64,000 bases of DNA from Promethearchaeota archaeon (GTDB taxonomy: Archaea; Asgardarchaeota; Lokiarchaeia; Sigyniarchaeales; SOKP01), in NCBI GenBank assembly GCA_016839915.1, contig JAEOTH010000151.1, positions 139-64,138 on the forward strand, given 5' to 3'. Below the pieces are notes generated by a model, which did not search any database, had not been told where the DNA came from, and saw nothing but the letters and a program-made list of their open reading frames with translations. Of the stretch, positions 57,947-64,000 are shown one piece after another (the first letter of the stretch is position 1; each line of letters opens with the position of its first letter). A program made the position numbers and the translations under genes.

Positions 57947-58852
57947 GTGATTAAAATAACAAATATTCTAGTTCTTGGCGTAAGTGGAATGTTAGGCTCA
58001 ATGGTTTTTGATTACTTATCAAGAAATCCTAATTTTGTTGTTTATGGTACTGTTAGAAACTCTAAATATTTAGAGGAAAAAGTATATTTTTTTGATGCTA
58101 ATGAAATTGCTCAATTAGAAGAAAAGCAATTTATGGATTTAAAATTAAATTATATTATTAATTGTATAGGAATTACAAAACCTTTCTCTAAGGATGATGA
58201 TCCTGAGGGTGTTAAACGGGCAATTAGTATAAATGCAGATTTTCCATGGAAGTTATCTAGTTATGCTAAGAAACATAATATTAGAGTAATTCAAATTGGC
58301 ACGGATTGTGTATATTCTGGGAAAAGAGGGAGATATTTAGAAAATGATCCGCATGATCCTTTAGATGTTTATGGAAAATCAAAAAGTCTCGGAGAAGTAT
58401 TTGATGGAACAATGCTAATAATAAGATGTTCTATTATCGGCCCTGAATTCAAAAAAGAAACAAGTTTTTTGCTTGAATGGTTTTTAAATCAACCAAATGG
58501 AGGAACTATTGGAGGATTTGAACATCATATATGGAATGGAGTAACCACTCTTCAATTTGCTGAATTATGCGAAAAAATTATATCTTCAAATGCTTATGAT
58601 CAGTTAGTACAAAATTCTTTTATCCAACATTATGCTCCAAATAATATTGTAAATAAGTACCAGTTAATGAATATTTTCAATAATATTTTTGAAAAAGACT
58701 TAAAAATCAATAGAGTTAATAAGCCAGAACAGAAGGTTGACCGATCACTTGAAACAAGATATTCAGATCTGAATAACCTGATAGAAAAAAAGAATATGAA
58801 AACTGCTATTTTAGAACTTAAAGATTATATAATGAGAAGTACCAAATTCTGA
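57947..58852 (+). CDS. RmlD-like nucleotide-sugar 4-reductase
   Basis: VLGVSGMLGS, INCIG, IGTDCVYSG, YGKSKSLGE, RCSIIGPE, WNGVTT. The start may be ATA at 57956. Confidence 0.85.
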   Translation: MIKITNILVLGVSGMLGSMVFDYLSRNPNFVVYGTVRNSKYLEEKVYFFDANEIAQLEEKQFMDLKLNYIINCIGITKPFSKDDDPEGVKRAISINADFPWKLSSYAKKHNIRVIQIGTDCVYSGKRGRYLENDPHDPLDVYGKSKSLGEVFDGTMLIIRCSIIGPEFKKETSFLLEWFLNQPNGGTIGGFEHHIWNGVTTLQFAELCEKIISSNAYDQLVQNSFIQHYAPNNIVNKYQLMNIFNNIFEKDLKINRVNKPEQKVDRSLETRYSDLNNLIEKKNMKTAILELKDYIMRSTKF

Positions 58853-58879
58853 TAAGAAATATTTCTCTTTATACATCTC

Positions 58880-59950
58880 TTATCTTTCTAAATTTTTGTT
58901 AAAATTCAAAGAATTACCAATTAAGATATTACAGATCTTTTCTGAGATATTTTCCCCATAATGAGATACAGGTTCAATTTTCCGGGATAATGCTAATTCT
59001 GCTGCATCAAGCATATGATCAACGTTCATGCCAGTTAGTACGTTTGCACCATGTTCAATTAAATCTATTCGCTCTGTACTTTCTCGTATTGTTATGCATG
59101 GAGTCCCCAAAATTGCGCATTCTTCTACAACAGTTCCACTATCAGTAAGTACTAATACCGCTTCTTTTTCCATTCCTAAAAATTCCAGGAAACCTTGAGG
59201 CGATATTGGAATAATTCCCTCCGGAAATGATAAATTAAAATTTTCCATCATGTTTTTGGTCTTTGGCATCAATATAAATTTGATTTCAAGATCTTTTCTT
59301 TTATAGAGTTCTTCAAGAAATTTTAATATTTTAATTAGATTTCTCTCATTCTCAGTATTTTCAGCACGGTGACAAGTAACCAAAAAAAATGGGGTATCTT
59401 GTTTAAATTCTGTTTTAACAGCTTGAACAACTTCTATAATAGGATTCCCAACTACCCAGCATCGTCGAGGATTTATTCCTTCTCTTATTAGATTTTCTTT
59501 ATGTTCAGGTAAATAACAAATATTTAAATCAGCAAGATGATCAATGATAACTCTATTTTTCTCTTCAGGCATGATCCAGTTTTTGCTACGCATTCCGGCT
59601 TCAATATGAACTATTGGTATATTTAATTTTGAGGTAGCTAAAGTAAAACCCAAACTACTATTATTATCTCCTAAAACCACAACAATTTCAGGTTTCTCCT
59701 CAAATAGCGTTTTTTCAAACTCAATCATTAACTTGGCAACTTGAGAAGCATGAGTACCACTTTTTATATTTAGATTATAATTAGGTATACGAACTCCTAA
59801 TTGTTCATAAAATATTTTATTTAAGTTGTAATCATAATGTTGACCGCTGTCCACAATAATGTTTTCAAAATATTTATCTAATTTTTTAATGATCTGGGAA
59901 AGCCGAATAATATCAGGCCGAATTCCAATACATGTAATAATTTTTCTCAT
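58880..59950 (-). CDS. wecB: UDP-N-acetylglucosamine 2-epimerase (non-hydrolysing) family
   Basis: GIRPDIIR, SGQHYD, HIEAGMRS, PEEKNR, TCHRAEN, TDSGTVVEE, IRESTER. Confidence 0.88.
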   Translation of the reverse strand: MRKIITCIGIRPDIIRLSQIIKKLDKYFENIIVDSGQHYDYNLNKIFYEQLGVRIPNYNLNIKSGTHASQVAKLMIEFEKTLFEEKPEIVVVLGDNNSSLGFTLATSKLNIPIVHIEAGMRSKNWIMPEEKNRVIIDHLADLNICYLPEHKENLIREGINPRRCWVVGNPIIEVVQAVKTEFKQDTPFFLVTCHRAENTENERNLIKILKFLEELYKRKDLEIKFILMPKTKNMMENFNLSFPEGIIPISPQGFLEFLGMEKEAVLVLTDSGTVVEECAILGTPCITIRESTERIDLIEHGANVLTGMNVDHMLDAAELALSRKIEPVSHYGENISEKICNILIGNSLNFNKNLER

Positions 59951-60009
59951 AGTTTCATAGAATTACTGAAATATCAAAAAGTTTTTAGTTTTATTAATAA
60001 GAATTAAGA

Positions 60010-60951
60010 CTAAAGATGATTAATTCTCTTTGTCCTTTTAATTGATAGCTTTATTTTTTGACGGTAATAGTAAAATAAACAAGAAAAGATTCTTCTAGCT
60101 AATTTTGTTAATACAATACTCGAGGAACCATATTCACGTCTATAAACTTTTATAGGGCATTCTTTTATTTTAAATCCTGATAATGAAATTTTTAAAATTT
60201 GCTCCGTACAAAATGCATATCCATGGTATTTAGTATTATCAAAAATAGGAATTATTCTCCTATTAAATGCACGAAATCCCGTTTGATTATTCATTATTTT
60301 TGGACCAAAAAATATTTGTATCAGTTTTTCTACGAGAACTTCTCCTAATCTAGTTAATATTGGTAGTTTATAAAAATATGTCCCTTTGTATCTTGAACCT
60401 ATTGTATAATCAAATTCCCCATCAAATATTGGTTTAACTAGATTAAAGATATCATCAGAACTATGTTGACCATCTGAATCCATAGTTACAATAATATCTC
60501 CCTTCGCATTTTTTATTCCTGATATGATTGCGTGCCCATAACCTCGATTCGTTTTATGATTTATTAATCTAATCTCTCGTTTTAATTTGACTTTTTCAAT
60601 TTCTTGTAGACTATTATCCGTTGAATGATCATTAACTACAATAATTTCTATTGAGTTATTATAAGGAAGATTCTCTAAAATTGGTTTTATTGTCTTCTCT
60701 TCGTTATACATTGGTAAGACAATCGATAAAAGGACCTGATCTTCTTTAATCTTAAAATTGTCGATGTAATTATACAAATCTTGATAAATATCTTCTGTAA
60801 CAATACCTTTTGTTTCTGATTTATTTGACAAGGTTCTTATTTTCCTTTTTGTACTGAGAGTTTTCAAAAACAAGGCGCCTTTTATTGGTTCTCTAGTTTT
60901 CCATGTTAAGTTTTTTGTCAAGATATTTAGATAAATATTGATATTATACAA
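60010..60951 (-). CDS. Glycosyltransferase family 2 (DPM1-like)
   Basis: LSIVLPMYNEE, VNDHSTD, NRGYG.A, MDSDGQH, IGSRY, QTGFRAF; true start uncertain. Confidence 0.88.
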   Translation of the reverse strand: MYNINIYLNILTKNLTWKTREPIKGALFLKTLSTKRKIRTLSNKSETKGIVTEDIYQDLYNYIDNFKIKEDQVLLSIVLPMYNEEKTIKPILENLPYNNSIEIIVVNDHSTDNSLQEIEKVKLKREIRLINHKTNRGYGHAIISGIKNAKGDIIVTMDSDGQHSSDDIFNLVKPIFDGEFDYTIGSRYKGTYFYKLPILTRLGEVLVEKLIQIFFGPKIMNNQTGFRAFNRRIIPIFDNTKYHGYAFCTEQILKISLSGFKIKECPIKVYRREYGSSSIVLTKLARRIFSCLFYYYRQKIKLSIKRTKRINHL

Positions 60952-61068
60952 TTTAAAATTTATTTAATTATTAAATTTTTAAATCATATCAATTTTTAAA
61001 GTAGTAATAACTTAATTTGAACCATTTAAATATTATATTATCTAACTTGGAAAGTTTCCTAGTAATAT

Positions 61069-62040
61069 TCATCTTTTTGATGAATCTTTGACTTGCCATT
61101 GATATTGGTTTATTAATCCTTGATCAATATCAATTTTAGGATTGTAATTTAGAACCCTTTTTGCTTTATTTATATTAGAATGTGTAATATCAACATCTCC
61201 TTGTTGTTTATCAATAAATTTAACCTTTTCTTCTTTTTTTGTTATTTTATACATTTTGTTAACCAAATTTTTGACACTGATTGGATTTGAAAATCCTAAA
61301 TTAAAGGTCTCTCCATTTGAAGCTTCAGTTTCACAAACTAATATTAATCCATTTATAATGTCTGAAATGTATGTAAAATCTCTAAGTTGTTCTCCATTGC
61401 CATATATTATTATCTCTTTATCTTTAAGCATAAGACTGTAAAATTTTCTTATCGCCATATCTGGACGCCCTCTTGGCCCGTAAACAGTATAAAATCTCAA
61501 TGAGGTAATCGGTAATTTATATTCTCGATAATAATAATTGGCATAGATTTCTCCACATAATTTTGATATAGAATATGGTGAAATGGGACTTTTTGGATGT
61601 TCCTCATCACAAGGTGTATATACTGGATTTCCATATACCGATGAGGATGAAGAATATACTACTTTTTGAAGATTATTTTGTTTTAAAGCATATTCAAATA
61701 TATTAACTGTGCTTAAAATATTATTTTGCGTGACTTCAGCAGCATTATCAATTGAATATCTTACACCTGCCTGAGCCGCAAGATGGAAAATATAATCAAC
61801 TTCTGGCTGAATTTTATTGTAAATTGATTTATTTGTTAGATCACCTCTAATTAAAATAAAATCCTTTTTATTTTGATAATTATTGGTTATCTCTTCCAAT
61901 TGTTCTTCTTTACCCAGATAATACTCATTAAAATTATCAATCAATATCAAAAAATTATTGTTTTTCAACAATATTTCTGTCAAATGGGAACCGATAAAAC
62001 CAGCAGCTCCAGTTATTATAATATGTTTATTTTTTAACAT
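61069..62040 (-). CDS. NAD-dependent epimerase (UDP-glucuronate 4-epimerase-like)
   Basis: ITGAAGFIGSH, HLAAQAGVRYS, SSSSVYG, SPYSISK, LRFYTVYGPRGRPDMA, RDFTYISD. Confidence 0.88.
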   Translation of the reverse strand: MLKNKHIIITGAAGFIGSHLTEILLKNNNFLILIDNFNEYYLGKEEQLEEITNNYQNKKDFILIRGDLTNKSIYNKIQPEVDYIFHLAAQAGVRYSIDNAAEVTQNNILSTVNIFEYALKQNNLQKVVYSSSSSVYGNPVYTPCDEEHPKSPISPYSISKLCGEIYANYYYREYKLPITSLRFYTVYGPRGRPDMAIRKFYSLMLKDKEIIIYGNGEQLRDFTYISDIINGLILVCETEASNGETFNLGFSNPISVKNLVNKMYKITKKEEKVKFIDKQQGDVDITHSNINKAKRVLNYNPKIDIDQGLINQYQWQVKDSSKR

Positions 62041-62198
62041 GGTTTAAGATAAATTTTAAATTAAAATTAATATTCTTTTAATGATAAATATTGAATGCTT
62101 AATTAAATCTTTTAACGATTGTTAGAGAATAATCTAAAAAACTAATTTCGCTATAAGTATTGAATTAATCTAAAAATTGACTAAATACGTTTATTAAA

Positions 62199-64000
62199 AT
62201 GAAAATTCGAAATCTTAATTTAAATCTTATAATTTTTAACATAAAAATTAGATTTCACTTGCTAATAATCCTAATATCTTCTATATCTTTGATTTTTATC
62301 TTTCTTAAAATTTTAAATTTTAATCTAATTACAAATATCTCACAAATTGCTTTTTTAGATTCAATCTTTCATTTATTTGTCTATTTTAGTACGGGGTTTA
62401 CACTTCTATTTTTACCAAGTTATCCAATTTTTTTTATAATCTTTAAAGATAAAAAATTACGTTTTTTAGAGAAATTAACTATTACTTTCGTATTTAATTT
62501 ATCATATTATATAATAATTGGGTTTATTGGATTTTATTTAGGTTTTGCGTTAACTAGATGGTTTTTTTTCTTTGTTTTAGTTATATCTTACTTTCTAATC
62601 ATACTTTATATTACTATTATCGACTTTAAAAGGGACAAATTTAATATTTTTAAACAAAGATATTCTGCTGATTATAAGGAGAGATTTATTAAACAATTTT
62701 CTTTTTTAAATTATCTTAAGAGGTTTAGAATTTCGAATTCAGTGTTATTAATTGTTTTCATATTTCTGATTTCTATTTTGAGTATTTTTGGAACAAGCAT
62801 ATTCATAGGAACAGATCCTTGGATGCATATATCAATTATTAAATTTATTACAGATATTAATTCTCTACCAGTAAATGATTATTTTGGTACTTTTGGTTTT
62901 CATATTTTTGGAGCTCTAATCTCTTTCTTTTCAGGAGCTAATATAATCTTAATTCCTAAATTTTTTATTTATTATACTTTACCAATAATCTCTTTGATAG
63001 TGTATAATCTGTTTATGAGAATATTTAGAAACAAAAATTTAGCAATACTAGGTATTTTTATTTTATCAATTTCATCATTAGGATTTTTGAATATCATGTT
63101 CCAGTTTTGGCCTACGAGTTTAGCTTTAATTCAAGGGATAACTTTATTTTTTCTTCTATATATAAGATTACAATCTTTTACTCGAGAAAAAGAACCGAGT
63201 AAAAAACAGATTTTCTCAGGTTCAGGCATTTTTTATTCCTCATTTATTCTGATTTTTATTAGTTGCCTTTTAGTCCATTCCTTAATTGCTATGATTTTTT
63301 TAGTGTCTTTCCTATGGGTTTATTTAATTTACTTTGTAAAAAGTTATCGAAGAGGTAATGATATTATATTACTAGGTGTATGTTTATGCATTTTTTTCAT
63401 TTTCTATTTCTTAAACATAAGTACAGGGCATTTCATCGTATTTAATAAAATAGGTGGGATTCCATGGTACTATATTTTATTTGGGATTTTAATCATTGGA
63501 ACAATGGAAGTATTAGTGCTTTTGCACTATCGAAAGTCGATGATTTTCACGAAAGGAAGATATTCTTTAATTATTACGGGAAAAAAACACAAAAATTTGA
63601 AAAAAATAGAAGATAAGTTTATACTACCTCTTGTTTTTATTCTAGTTATTGTTTTTATCTGTGGTTTCACGATTCTGAATATCCTTTTCTTTAAATTTGA
63701 GTTGATAAGCATCTTTACGGGAATAGAAATATTAATTATATGCTCATTTGGGATTTGGGGATTATTTGTTTTCCAATTCAAGCCTAGAGGAAAACCCTTA
63801 TTCCTTTGGGGATTAGCATTAGGTATTATTCTACTAGTGGGTTTCTTATTTGATTTCCTCACAAGTTCGTTAACATTTTTTTCCAGAATTTTTTATTTAA
63901 TGTCTATAGTAATTTCAATTGGATTCGCATCATATATTCATAAATTAGTAAAAAACCATTCAATTCAAAAACCTAAAATGCAGTTTTTTCTAATATTTTT
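62199..64000 (+). CDS. Large polytopic membrane protein, GT-C-like (runs off the right edge of the window)
   Basis: Manual translation from ATG 62199: MKIRNLN...FLPSYP...FLEKL...GTDPWMHISII...YFGTFGFHIFGA...QFWPTSLA...LLVHSLIA; many TM helices. It is missing from the ORF track because it has no stop. Confidence 0.75.
   Translation, partial: MKIRNLNLNLIIFNIKIRFHLLIILISSISLIFIFLKILNFNLITNISQIAFLDSIFHLFVYFSTGFTLLFLPSYPIFFIIFKDKKLRFLEKLTITFVFNLSYYIIIGFIGFYLGFALTRWFFFFVLVISYFLIILYITIIDFKRDKFNIFKQRYSADYKERFIKQFSFLNYLKRFRISNSVLLIVFIFLISILSIFGTSIFIGTDPWMHISIIKFITDINSLPVNDYFGTFGFHIFGALISFFSGANIILIPKFFIYYTLPIISLIVYNLFMRIFRNKNLAILGIFILSISSLGFLNIMFQFWPTSLALIQGITLFFLLYIRLQSFTREKEPSKKQIFSGSGIFYSSFILIFISCLLVHSLIAMIFLVSFLWVYLIYFVKSYRRGNDIILLGVCLCIFFIFYFLNISTGHFIVFNKIGGIPWYYILFGILIIGTMEVLVLLHYRKSMIFTKGRYSLIITGKKHKNLKKIEDKFILPLVFILVIVFICGFTILNILFFKFELISIFTGIEILIICSFGIWGLFVFQFKPRGKPLFLWGLALGIILLVGFLFDFLTSSLTFFSRIFYLMSIVISIGFASYIHKLVKNHSIQKPKMQFFLIF

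Noticed and set aside
7130-61441. Many 60-106 aa ORFs nested in or antisense to clear genes (e.g. 7130, 7493, 8966, 9082, 17268, 19186, 21738, 23272, 25763, 27094, 29203, 29418, 30977, 32610, 32906, 32935, 33419, 34313, 37351, 38015, 42175, 45429, 55141, 55387, 57005, 61256)
   Set aside because: They overlap well-supported genes and show no independent motifs.
63527-63862. Track ORF, 111 aa (-)
   Set aside because: Antisense to the long membrane-protein frame starting at 62199.
1-64000. CRISPR arrays, tRNA/rRNA genes, transposases, integrases, prophage genes
   Set aside because: No regularly spaced repeats, GC-rich structured RNA segments or mobile-element motifs were seen.

Overview
Very AT-rich archaeal DNA, most consistent with an Asgard archaeon of the Lokiarchaeia. 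The evidence is an IPGY-TM-basic 'Loki-CTERM' sorting tail, archaeal-type PheS/PheT/IleS/CoaD, a DUF1512 gene, a tungsten AOR and a eukaryote-like E2-fold/RING protein. The first ~8.6 kb is mostly housekeeping: aor, DUF1512, coaD, a frameshifted surface protein, pheST and chorismate mutase. From ~8.7 kb to the end is a large cell-surface glycan region, interrupted by rph, ileS and a four-RWD/UEV-domain RING protein. It holds GT2/GT4/GT8-like/GT-C-like transferases, a flippase, a CDP-sugar C-methylation cassette, a heptose module with its own non-oxidative pentose-phosphate genes and about ten methyltransferases. It also holds an RHH-sat-AlkP-cysC (PAPS) operon and two more Thr-type sulfatase-fold genes. 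Best leads: (1) a FANCL-like multi-E2-fold RING ligase candidate; (2) a putative sulfation system with no canonical sulfotransferase, in which a DNA-binding RHH protein carries the 'RLxxLGY' tail usually found on AlkP/sulfatase enzymes; (3) ParB/Srx-like plus methyltransferase fusions; (4) apparent AUU/AUA start codons; (5) a degenerate heptose-kinase homologue. No rRNA, tRNA, CRISPR array or intact mobile element was seen. All family assignments come from recognising motifs by eye, not from database searches.
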